Source: Thermoplasmata archaeon
GTDB lineage: Archaea; Thermoplasmatota; Thermoplasmata; Lutacidiplasmatales; UBA184
Reading direction: 5' to 3'
Assembly (NCBI GenBank): GCA_050013595.1
Contig: JBEKEY010000001.1
Span: 10,044 to 74,043 of the forward strand
Length of the DNA: 64,000 bases
Position numbers and translations under genes: made by a program. Of this stretch, positions 45,837 through 54,505 are shown in pieces. Each line of letters opens with the position of its first letter. The stretch's first letter is position 1. The notes beneath the pieces are model-generated. The model was not told the DNA's origin and did no database searches. It saw only the letters and a list, made by a program, of their open reading frames with translations.

Positions 45837-45900
45837 ATCTTCGTCCTTCAGGGGTGACGGACCTCCGATACTCGGAAGTGAGGGATTTGAACCCTTGGGC

Positions 45901-45921
45901 GGTTCAAGTCCCTCTCCCTGC
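45901..45921 (+). repeat. attR-like copy of the tRNA-Leu 3' end
   Basis: GGTTCAAGTCCCTCTCCCTGC versus tRNA GGTTCAAATCCCTCTCCCCGC. Confidence 0.7.
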
Positions 45922-45993
45922 GTTCCCAATCCGCGCGGGCGGAACGAACGAATCCACGCCCATGAGTCGCGGGCGCCTCCCGGAGGGTGCGGG

Positions 45994-46791
45994 TCAGGGC
46001 TCCGGGGGAGCGGTGGGCGAGGTGGCCGCGACGGGCGCCTTTGAGTTCCCGCCGAGGCGGGTCTGCAGGATCGCGTCATGGACCCTCTTGTTCACCTCGA
46101 GGAGCAACGCCTCCCGCTCTTCGGGTCGCCGGATCATCACCGTCAGCACGAGGTCGGTCGACTGGGGGGTCCGCGATTTCGTGGTGATGACCGGCGGAAA
46201 CCGCTTATCGAAGCGCATTCGCAACTTCGCGAGGCTCTTCAGGATCTCGCTCTCCAACGGTGCGATATCGACGTTTCCCGGCAGGGAGATCGGGATCGTG
46301 AGCTCCTTCCAGGCCTGCGGCGAGGCATTCACGAGGACATCCTTGAGGAGGTGCGAGTTCGGCAGCGCGATGAGCCGGTCGTCCTCGGAGAGGAGGACGG
46401 TGGTCATCGCGTTGATCTCGATGACCTTCCCCGAGTAGCCGCCCACCTGGATCGAGTCGCCCACCTTGAACGGGCTATAAACGTCCGAGAAGTACTTCGC
46501 GCCGAAGTTCTCGAGGGGAATCCTCAACGCGATGATCGTGGCGATCGCGAAGAGTCCCACGACGACGAGCAGGATCTCGATACTGACGCCGACCTCCTGG
46601 ACGGCCAGGAGGATGCCGACGATCCACACGACGATCGCTCCCAGGCGTCGCGCTCCGGCCGCCGCTTGCGGCGCGCTCTGGAGCATCACCCCGCGGATCA
46701 CCAGGCCGGCGAGCCAGGCCACGAGCCAGGTGAGGAGGAGGATGACGGCGGCGACGAGGTAGGGAGTCGTCCAATCCGGTAGTCCGAACAT
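45994..46791 (-). CDS. mscS: Small-conductance mechanosensitive channel
   Basis: 3 TM helices, then PFKVGDSIQVGGYSGKVIEI...IALPNS. Confidence 0.88.
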   Translation of the reverse strand: MFGLPDWTTPYLVAAVILLLTWLVAWLAGLVIRGVMLQSAPQAAAGARRLGAIVVWIVGILLAVQEVGVSIEILLVVVGLFAIATIIALRIPLENFGAKYFSDVYSPFKVGDSIQVGGYSGKVIEINAMTTVLLSEDDRLIALPNSHLLKDVLVNASPQAWKELTIPISLPGNVDIAPLESEILKSLAKLRMRFDKRFPPVITTKSRTPQSTDLVLTVMIRRPEEREALLLEVNKRVHDAILQTRLGGNSKAPVAATSPTAPPEP

Positions 46792-46792
46792 G

Positions 46793-48169
46793 CTACGCCT
46801 CGAGCACCCCGGCCATCAACTTCGCCTCGGCCCGGGCCGCGGTGGCGATCGAACAGGCGCGGGCGGTCGCGACGGCGTTGTGCGCGAGTCGTTGGGCGAA
46901 CTCACCGGAGTCATCGATCAGCTCGCGCATCTTCCCGGCCAGTGCCGGGATGTCGTCGGGGTCGAAGAGTATTCCGTTCTCCCGATCCTTCACGAGCTCG
47001 GCGATTCCCGCGCGGTCCGTCACGAGAGCCGGACGCCGGTGCAGCCAGCTCTCGACCACGACGAGCCCGAACCCCTCGTTGACCGAGGGAAGGACCGTAA
47101 AGCTCGACCGTTCGTAGAAGCAATCCAGGGCGGCCTGCGGGACGTGCCCGGCGAAGATCACACGTTCACGGATGCCGAGGCGCTGGGCCTCCGCCTCGAG
47201 GTGGGCCTTCCAACGCTCCGCCTTCGAGTTACCGGGTCCTCCCCGGGCCCCCGAAAAGCTACCGTTCCCGACCAGCACCAGACGAAGGCGAGGGTACTTG
47301 GGGAGGAGCCGAGCGACCGCGCGGATCGCCCGGTCGTGGGCCTTCGCCGGGTCCATTCGCGCGACCACCAGGATCACCGTGTCCTCCGGCCGGACGCCCC
47401 AGCGAGCGCACGTCGCGGCCGCGACCTTCTTTCCCGGTCGACGGTACTCCCGAGGGTCGACGTAGGGGTACATTAGGACGGACTTTCCCGCGTACCCGAG
47501 GGCCTTGAGCCCGACACGGTATCGCTCGCAGCTGACCACGACGACGTCGTAGCTGCCGAGATAGTTCACGAACAGCGCCCGCCAGTTCTCGGGGATCCGC
47601 GTCGAGTCGAACGGGATGTGCCATCGAAAGATCTTCGGTTTCAACGAATCGAGCATCTGCCCCACGGGCATCTGCTGGAAGTCGTGAATGTAGAACAGGT
47701 CGAAATCGAGCGCGGAATCCAACTTCCGTATCCGTTCGGAGGTGGTCCGATTGTAGAACGCGTACTCGCTGAACTCCTCGCTCCAGAACAGGTCCTGCGT
47801 GGACTCGGGAGGCTCGAGACCATGCACGGTGGACCAGATGGCCTCCTTCGTCTTCCCGTACCCCCCCATCCGTTGAGATCCGAGCGCGATGTTGTGCAAC
47901 GTCAGGCCATCGGCGTGCACGACCCTCGGCCCGACGGGATTCAGCGAGACCCAATGCGTGGTGTCGAGGACCCCCTGGGCGAGGAGCCTCCGGACCAGTG
48001 GGTAGACCATCCGGGTCACGCCACCGGGAGAGAACCGGAAATCGACCCCTTCCTTGAGCTCCGCTAGGTTCGCGGGGTCGCTCCACGCCGGACCCGGTGA
48101 CCCGTCGGTGGGGGGAAGAAACTGAAGCAGGGGCGTCTGGCTGTTGATGCAGACGCTGAGTTTCTCCAC
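46793..48169 (-). CDS. GT4 glycosyltransferase, TreT (trehalose synthase)-like
   Basis: GGV, IHDFQ, RWHIP, VARMDPAK, EGFGLVVVES. Confidence 0.78.
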   Translation of the reverse strand: MEKLSVCINSQTPLLQFLPPTDGSPGPAWSDPANLAELKEGVDFRFSPGGVTRMVYPLVRRLLAQGVLDTTHWVSLNPVGPRVVHADGLTLHNIALGSQRMGGYGKTKEAIWSTVHGLEPPESTQDLFWSEEFSEYAFYNRTTSERIRKLDSALDFDLFYIHDFQQMPVGQMLDSLKPKIFRWHIPFDSTRIPENWRALFVNYLGSYDVVVVSCERYRVGLKALGYAGKSVLMYPYVDPREYRRPGKKVAAATCARWGVRPEDTVILVVARMDPAKAHDRAIRAVARLLPKYPRLRLVLVGNGSFSGARGGPGNSKAERWKAHLEAEAQRLGIRERVIFAGHVPQAALDCFYERSSFTVLPSVNEGFGLVVVESWLHRRPALVTDRAGIAELVKDRENGILFDPDDIPALAGKMRELIDDSGEFAQRLAHNAVATARACSIATAARAEAKLMAGVLEA

Positions 48170-48310
48170 GTTTCCCCGTCCGTAGCGAGGTCGCCTAGGT
48201 GCCGCCCGTTTCCTCGAGGTCCGTAGGGCATCCTGACCTGGGTGTTCCTCGTCCTTCGAAGGCAGCGATCTCGAGTTCCGGGCTCGGGGGTAGGGCCAAG
48301 GGCCGTGCTC

Positions 48311-49060
48311 CTAATCAACCTCTCGGAGAACGTGACGTCGGCCGACCGAAGAGCGACCCCGGAGGGCGTCGGTGACCGGCCCTCGGACAAACTCCGCCAC
48401 GCCGGCACTGAACGACGCACGACAGACGTAGTCGGCGCATGCGAGCACTTGGGGACGAGCGTTGCGGACCGCGCCGGACAACGTTGCGGCACGGAGAAGG
48501 GGGATGTCGTTCTCCCCGTCCCCCACCGCCGCGAACGCCGAGGATTCGAGATGGAGTCGGCCGATCGCCGACCGCACCCCCGAGGCCTTGGAGATCCCTT
48601 TCGGTAGGATCATGACACGGTCCACGTTCGGGACGAGGTAGACGCCGAGTCCTTCCAAGAGCGTCGCGATCTTCGACCCCTCGGACCTCGGCACGGAAAC
48701 CACGACTTCCCCGCACTCGACGTTCGCCCACGGAGCCCCTGCCAGGCGACGACGCACTCGGGCGGCGGTCGCCCGGCCGATCACCGTGACGCGACTCCCC
48801 GCCGGGGCCTCGATCACCGCGCCGTTCTCCGCGACCACGGCGTCGACGTACCGCAGTTCGTCCGCGAACGCCGACAGCACGTTGTATTCCCGTCCCGAGG
48901 CGAGGATGACCTTCAGCCCCATCCGTTGGCAATCCTTCAGGACCTGGGACGCCGACTTGAGACCCTTTCCTTCGGGAGAGATGAGGGTCCGGTCGAGATC
49001 GACCGCGAGGGCGGCCAGCTCCCCTCTGGATCTCAGGGATCCGCCAGCGGCGTTCCTCAT
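48311..49060 (-). CDS. HAD superfamily phosphatase (Cof/phosphoglycolate phosphatase-like)
   Basis: DLDRTL, ASGR, AENGA, SKASG, GDGENDIP. Confidence 0.85.
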   Translation of the reverse strand: MRNAAGGSLRSRGELAALAVDLDRTLISPEGKGLKSASQVLKDCQRMGLKVILASGREYNVLSAFADELRYVDAVVAENGAVIEAPAGSRVTVIGRATAARVRRRLAGAPWANVECGEVVVSVPRSEGSKIATLLEGLGVYLVPNVDRVMILPKGISKASGVRSAIGRLHLESSAFAAVGDGENDIPLLRAATLSGAVRNARPQVLACADYVCRASFSAGVAEFVRGPVTDALRGRSSVGRRHVLREVD

Positions 49061-49303
49061 CGACGGGTTTCCCCGTGATCGTCCCGTCCGACCCACCTCT
49101 CGGGGGGAGACGAGAAACGGCTAAGACAAACGGCTACCGTTTCGGCGGACGGGTGCGGAGGCGCCATGGTTCTTACGATCGCTCAGACGACGTGGCAGTT
49201 ACCCCTTGCGCGTCCGTGGGTCGCCTCCACCGCCCGTCCTCGCCCGGGGGCCGAAGAGACTACCGCCGTTCGACCGAACGACTGCTCGGACGTGTGAACT
49301 CGG

Positions 49304-51187
49304 ATGGGATCTCCTCGGAATGCGGGATCTCCGGCCGCCGTCGGACCTCAGAGTTCCGCATCGATCCCCGAAGGGGGGTCGCGTGCTCGGGGCTGGCTCA
49401 GCCTCTACGATTACGGGCTCATCGGCAATCTGTACACCGGAGCGCTCATTGCCCGCGACGGTTCGATCGATTGGGCATGTCTCCCTCGCTTCGATAGCCC
49501 GAGCGTGTTCGGACGGCTTCTCGATCGAGAGCAGGGCGGGTTCCACCAGGTCGGTCCCCAGGGAAGCTACACCGCGCATCAACAGTACGTGACCGGCACC
49601 AACGTCCTCACCACGCTGTTCGAGCTGCGACGGGGACTCGTGCTGGCCCTCACGGACTTCATGCCCATGGGCCCGTCGATCGCCCTTCCCGAGGGCGAAC
49701 CACGCATCGTCCGCCGACTTATCGCGAGGGGGGGACCGATCGACGTAACGGTGACTGTGGACCCCCGGTTCGATTACGCTCGCAAATCGACGGTCTGGAC
49801 CTTTGAAGGCGGCAATCTCGCGCGGGCGGAATCCGGATCCGACCGACTCGCGTTGACGTCCCCCTGGGGCTGGGAGCAACGGGGGCGGGGTGCGGTCTCT
49901 TCGGGTACGGTCGTGCCGGGGAGTCCGCTCTTCGTGCAAGTCCGTTGGGGCGAGCCGCCCGCACCGGACCCTTCGCCCACTGCATTGCTGTCGATCACGG
50001 ACGCCTATTGGCGCGGATGGGTCTCGTTCGAGGACGCGCCGCTGCGTCGCGTCGCGGCGCGTTGGCACCCCTGGGTCGAGCGCTCCGAGCTCGTCCTCAA
50101 GTTGCTGTCGTACGGGAACACCGGCGTCTTCGTCGCCGCCCCGACGACCTCGCTGCCCGAATGGCCCGGTGGGACGCGGAACTGGGATTACCGGTACGTT
50201 TGGATCCGCGACGCCGCCTTCACCGCCCAGGTCTTCCTTCTGCTCGGGCACATCGCCGAGGCGCGGGCGTACGTTGGCTGGGCGTTCGACCGGGTGGCCG
50301 CCCTCGGGGAACGCGACGAGGTTCCCGTCATCTACTCGGTCGACGGCGGTCGCCCGCCGGCCGAAGTCGACCTGGACCATCTCGAGGGGTATCTCGGGTC
50401 GCGGCCGATCCGACTCGGGAACGCCGCCGCGGGGCAGCGTCAGCTCGATGTCTACGGCGAGATCCTGGATTCCGCGCTGCTCCTTGAGCAGGCGGACCCG
50501 GCGTTCGTTCGGGAGCGTTGGCCCCTGATCGAGCGTTTGGCCCAGCGGACGACCGAGCTCTGGTCCCAGCCGGACCACGGGATCTGGGAGTTCCGGACCG
50601 AGCCGGCCCATTACGTGCACTCGAAACTCATGTGCTGGGTGGCTCTCGACCGGTCGATCCAACTTGCCCAGGCGTTCGGAAAGACCGAGCCGCTGGACCG
50701 CTGGGGAAGGGTCGCCAACGAGATCCGGGCCGCGATCCTTTCGCACGGATACGACGAGAAGCTCGAGTCGTTCACGCAAACGTTCGACCGGCCCTCCTTG
50801 GATGCGAGCACCTTGCGGATCCCGATCACGGGATTCCTGCCCCCGAACGACCCGCGCGTGCTCCGGACCATCTCCGCGGTGGAGAAGGCCCTCGGTCACG
50901 GTCCGTTCCTGCACCGGTACGAGGGGGAGGACGGAATCTCGGGTCCGGAGGGGGCGTTCCTGCTCTGCTCGTTCTGGTTGGTCGAGTCACTCGCGAAATC
51001 CGGTCAAATGGACAGCGCGCTCGGCCACTGGCGGGCCCTGTTGGACTCGGCGGGCCCGCTCCTGCTGTTCTCCGAAGAGTTCGACCCGACCGCGAATCAA
51101 CCGCTCGGCAACTACCCTCAGGCGTTCACCCACATCGGGGTACTGCGCGCCGCCCTTGCCCTGGGACTGGTCGGTTCGGACCGATAG
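49304..51187 (+). CDS. Glycoside hydrolase family 15 (trehalase/glucoamylase-like)
   Basis: YGLIGN, RNWDYRYVWIRD, QLDVYGE, GIWEFR, FSEE, GNYPQAFTH. Confidence 0.9.
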   Translation: MGSPRNAGSPAAVGPQSSASIPEGGSRARGWLSLYDYGLIGNLYTGALIARDGSIDWACLPRFDSPSVFGRLLDREQGGFHQVGPQGSYTAHQQYVTGTNVLTTLFELRRGLVLALTDFMPMGPSIALPEGEPRIVRRLIARGGPIDVTVTVDPRFDYARKSTVWTFEGGNLARAESGSDRLALTSPWGWEQRGRGAVSSGTVVPGSPLFVQVRWGEPPAPDPSPTALLSITDAYWRGWVSFEDAPLRRVAARWHPWVERSELVLKLLSYGNTGVFVAAPTTSLPEWPGGTRNWDYRYVWIRDAAFTAQVFLLLGHIAEARAYVGWAFDRVAALGERDEVPVIYSVDGGRPPAEVDLDHLEGYLGSRPIRLGNAAAGQRQLDVYGEILDSALLLEQADPAFVRERWPLIERLAQRTTELWSQPDHGIWEFRTEPAHYVHSKLMCWVALDRSIQLAQAFGKTEPLDRWGRVANEIRAAILSHGYDEKLESFTQTFDRPSLDASTLRIPITGFLPPNDPRVLRTISAVEKALGHGPFLHRYEGEDGISGPEGAFLLCSFWLVESLAKSGQMDSALGHWRALLDSAGPLLLFSEEFDPTANQPLGNYPQAFTHIGVLRAALALGLVGSDR

Positions 51188-51401
51188 CGCCCGCGGGGAG
51201 CTGACCTCGCCGCGAATCTCTACAGGGCACGGTCGGTTGCGTGAGCTCGGTTCCCTTCGATAATCACGATGGCAGCTGGGCTCGCTTCCCGCGCACCCTA
51301 CCCGCACATTCGGCCAATCCGCGGGCAACTCGCCCCCGGCTCCGACCCCACGCACCACGAAGGGCAAACACCCAACTACGTCGGGAGGCCTGCCCCCACT
51401 C

Positions 51402-51962
51402 GTGGCGCGTCGCAAAGCCGTCCCCCCAACGCCTTCCGGCCGCACTCCTGCGGCGACCACGACCGCCACGGCTCGAGAGGGTTCTCAGCTTCGTGTGAAC
51501 GGGAAGAAGTATCCGGTATCGCTCGACCGGGACCGGAGCCTGCTCTACGTCCTTCGGGAAGAATTGGACCTCACCGGCACCAAGTACGGTTGCGGGGAAG
51601 GCGAGTGCGGCGCCTGCAAGGTCCTCCTCGACGGGGTCGCGGTCCGGGCCTGCCAAACGCGCATCGGTGAGGCGGTCGGCCGATCGGTCACGACGATCGA
51701 GGGCCTCGCTCAAGGAGGCCGCCTGCACCCCGTTCAGCAGGCCTTCGTCGATGCGAGCGCCTTCCAGTGCGGGTTCTGCATCCCGGGCATGATCATCGCG
51801 TCGGTCTCGCTGCTCTCCCAGAACCCCCGCCCCACGGAGGAGGAGATCCGCGCCGCCATGGACGGGAACATCTGCCGCTGCTGCGGCTATCTCCGGATCG
51901 TCCGAGCGGTCCAAAGGGCTTCCGAACTTTCCGTGACCACGTCCCGGGGAGCGGCCCGATGA
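51402..51962 (+). CDS. 2x[2Fe-2S] small subunit of a molybdenum hydroxylase (IorA/CoxS-like)
   Basis: GTKYGCGEGECGAC...C, QCGFCIPG, NICRCCGY. Confidence 0.92.
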   Translation: MARRKAVPPTPSGRTPAATTTATAREGSQLRVNGKKYPVSLDRDRSLLYVLREELDLTGTKYGCGEGECGACKVLLDGVAVRACQTRIGEAVGRSVTTIEGLAQGGRLHPVQQAFVDASAFQCGFCIPGMIIASVSLLSQNPRPTEEEIRAAMDGNICRCCGYLRIVRAVQRASELSVTTSRGAAR

Positions 51963-54079
51963 AGCGCCTCCCTTCCTCCTCCCCGTTCGACCGAATCTCC
52001 CCGACCGAACGGCCCTACTTTGACCGACTCGGGAACGGTCTCGTCGTGGTCCTCCCCCCTCAGGCCCCCGGCCCGGGGGGCTGGGGTCGTGGCGGACCGC
52101 CGCATGGCGGCGCCTGGATCCATCTGGGAGCGGACGGACGAGCGCGAGCGTTCACCGGCAAAGCGGATGTGGGACAAGGCACGCGCACCGCCCTCTCCCT
52201 CCTCGTCGCCGAGGAGCTTCGCCTGCCGCTCTCCGCGGTCGAGCTCACGATGGGGGACACCGACGTTTGCCCCTGGGATATGGGAACCTTCGGTAGCCGG
52301 TCGATGCCCGACGCGGCGCAACACCTCCGATTGACCGGCGCGGCCACGCGGAAGGTCCTGCTCGAGCTCGCCGCCACCACCCTCGGCCTCGCTCCGAAGG
52401 ACGTGGTGCTCTCCGAGGGCCAGGCCCGCGGGACCGGTCGGGAGCCTGCGCGCTCCGTGACCTACGGAGACCTGGTGCAGGGACTCCGTCGTGTGGAGGT
52501 CGTCCCCGCCTCGACGCAGCCGCTTCCCCCGTCCGACTGGACGCGCGCCGGCCACCCCAGTCCGAACGTGGGCGGGGTCGAGATCGTCACGGGCGCGCGC
52601 CAATACACGTCGGACCTGCATCCTGCGGGCATGTTGCACGGAAAGATCCTCTTCCCTCCCTCGTACGGAGCGAAGCTCCGGCGCGTGGACCTTTCCCGGG
52701 CACAGGCCATGAGCGGAGTCACCGCCGTGCACGAGGGAGATTTCATCGCGGTGGCCGCGCCGGATAGGTTCGCGGCCCGTGCGGCCCTGCGGGCCCTTGA
52801 CGCCGAGTGGGAACCCACTCCCCAGCCCTCCGACAAGGAGATCGTGACCTTCCTCCGCGCGCATCCGGCCCAAGGTGAGGACTTCTGGGACGTCATTCAC
52901 CATACAACCGGGGATGTCGCCGCGGCGCTGGCCTCGGCCTCGGTCACGCTCCACGAGACCTACACGACCGCGTACATCGCGCACGTCCCGATGGAGACCC
53001 ATACCGTGCTCGCCTCCTGGGAGGGGGACCGCTTGACGGTCTGGATGGGCGGTCAGACACCGTTCCGGGCCCGCGACGCCATCTCCGACGCCCTCGGGCT
53101 GAACCCTTCGAACGTGCACGTCATCACGCCTCCGACCGGCTCCGGGTTCGGGGGAAAGCACGCTTCGGAGCTCGCGGTCGGAGCGGCCCGGCTCGCGAAA
53201 GCGGCCGGCCGCCCGGTCCAGATCGCCTACACCCGGGAGGAGGAGTTCACGCAGGCCTACTTCCGGCCCATGGCTGTCATCGACATCCGCTCGGGGGCGA
53301 AGAAGGACGGGACGATCACGGCCTGGCAGTTCGAGGACATCAACGCCGGTGCGGCGGCCGCGCGCATCCCCTACCGGGTCCCGAACCAGAAGATCGGCAA
53401 CCAGCCCGTGGCTTCCCCCCTGCCGCAGGGTTCCTACCGTGCCCTCGCGGCGACGGCGAACAACTTCGCCCGCGAATCGCACATGGAGGAGCTCGCCGCC
53501 CGGTTCGCCGCCGACCCCGTGGAGTACCGACTGCGTCATCTCGCCGACGACCGCTTGGCCGCGGTGCTGCGCGCGGTGGCGGAACGAGCCGGATGGGAGA
53601 AGAGGAAGGGACCCGCCACGAGCCGCAAGAAGAACGGCCTCGGTCGGGGCATCGCGGTCGGGCTCGAGAAGGAGGGCCGCGTCGCCACCTTCGCCGAGGT
53701 CCGGGTCCACGGGGATCGACGCCTCGAGGTCGTGCGGATCGTCACGGGCTTTGAATGCGGCGCGATCGTCCATCCGTCCAATCTGCAAAGCCAGGTCGAG
53801 GGAGGAACGATCATGGCGCTCGGCGGTGCCCTGTTCGAATCGATCAAGTTCGAGGATGGCCGTATCCTGAATCCCCGGCTCTCGCAGTACCGGGTTCCGC
53901 GGTTCCGCGACGTCCCTCCCATCGAGGTACTTCTCCTGGACCGACCGGACCTTCCCTCGCAGGGAGGCGGTGAGACCCCGCTCATCGCCGTGGCCCCAGC
54001 GATCGCGAACGCAATCTACGACGCAACCGGAACGCGCCTGCGCTCCTTGCCGCTGGCCCCCGACGGGACGGTACCGTAG
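51959..54079 (+). CDS. Molybdopterin-binding large subunit (IorB/aldehyde oxidoreductase-like)
   Basis: VGQGTRT, MGDTD, GTFGS, AHVPME, GSGFGGK, SYRA, QVEGG, GGGET, AIANAIYDATG. Confidence 0.88.
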   Translation: MKRLPSSSPFDRISPTERPYFDRLGNGLVVVLPPQAPGPGGWGRGGPPHGGAWIHLGADGRARAFTGKADVGQGTRTALSLLVAEELRLPLSAVELTMGDTDVCPWDMGTFGSRSMPDAAQHLRLTGAATRKVLLELAATTLGLAPKDVVLSEGQARGTGREPARSVTYGDLVQGLRRVEVVPASTQPLPPSDWTRAGHPSPNVGGVEIVTGARQYTSDLHPAGMLHGKILFPPSYGAKLRRVDLSRAQAMSGVTAVHEGDFIAVAAPDRFAARAALRALDAEWEPTPQPSDKEIVTFLRAHPAQGEDFWDVIHHTTGDVAAALASASVTLHETYTTAYIAHVPMETHTVLASWEGDRLTVWMGGQTPFRARDAISDALGLNPSNVHVITPPTGSGFGGKHASELAVGAARLAKAAGRPVQIAYTREEEFTQAYFRPMAVIDIRSGAKKDGTITAWQFEDINAGAAAARIPYRVPNQKIGNQPVASPLPQGSYRALAATANNFARESHMEELAARFAADPVEYRLRHLADDRLAAVLRAVAERAGWEKRKGPATSRKKNGLGRGIAVGLEKEGRVATFAEVRVHGDRRLEVVRIVTGFECGAIVHPSNLQSQVEGGTIMALGGALFESIKFEDGRILNPRLSQYRVPRFRDVPPIEVLLLDRPDLPSQGGGETPLIAVAPAIANAIYDATGTRLRSLPLAPDGTVP

Positions 54080-54180
54080 CGACCGTATCCGGAACCCGGT
54101 GCGCCTTCCGAGACGCTCCTCGAAGCGGAACGCGACGCTGCCACGGGGGGCCTAAATACCGAGGCGCGGTCCGACGGGCG

Positions 54181-54477
54181 ATGGTGGCCCGTCAGCGAAC
54201 CACGACCCGAAAACCACCGAACCGGATTCGGGTTCCGCCCGAGCTGCGGATCGAGGCCCCGACGTCCCGCACGATCCGGGTCGACCTCGTCGAGGACCCG
54301 CACGCCCACATCGTCTGTCGGGCCTGCGGCCGTATCCAGGCCGTCGAGTTGACGGAGCTCGACCGTCACTTCCTGACCGAGCTCGCCGGGCATCACCCCG
54401 ATGGCTGGAGCGTCGACGGGATCGCGTTCTCCTTGATGGGGGCGTGCCGCCGGTGCCGCGAAGGCCCTCGAGCGTAG
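54181..54477 (+). CDS. Stand-alone Fur/PerR-type C-terminal zinc/dimerisation domain
   Basis: HAHIVCRACGRI...GACRRC; no N-terminal wHTH; TATA-like CTAAATA about 25 nt upstream. Confidence 0.65.
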   Translation: MVARQRTTTRKPPNRIRVPPELRIEAPTSRTIRVDLVEDPHAHIVCRACGRIQAVELTELDRHFLTELAGHHPDGWSVDGIAFSLMGACRRCREGPRA

Positions 54478-54505
54478 GCCGGCCCCCGACCGACCCGGGG
54501 ACGGC

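Larger units (their letters stand above)
44947..45921. mobile_element. Remnant islet integrated at the tRNA-Leu 3' end, carrying a TA pair
   Basis: Bounded by near-identical direct repeats 44947-44967 and 45901-45921 (19/21 nt); no integrase. Confidence 0.6.
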
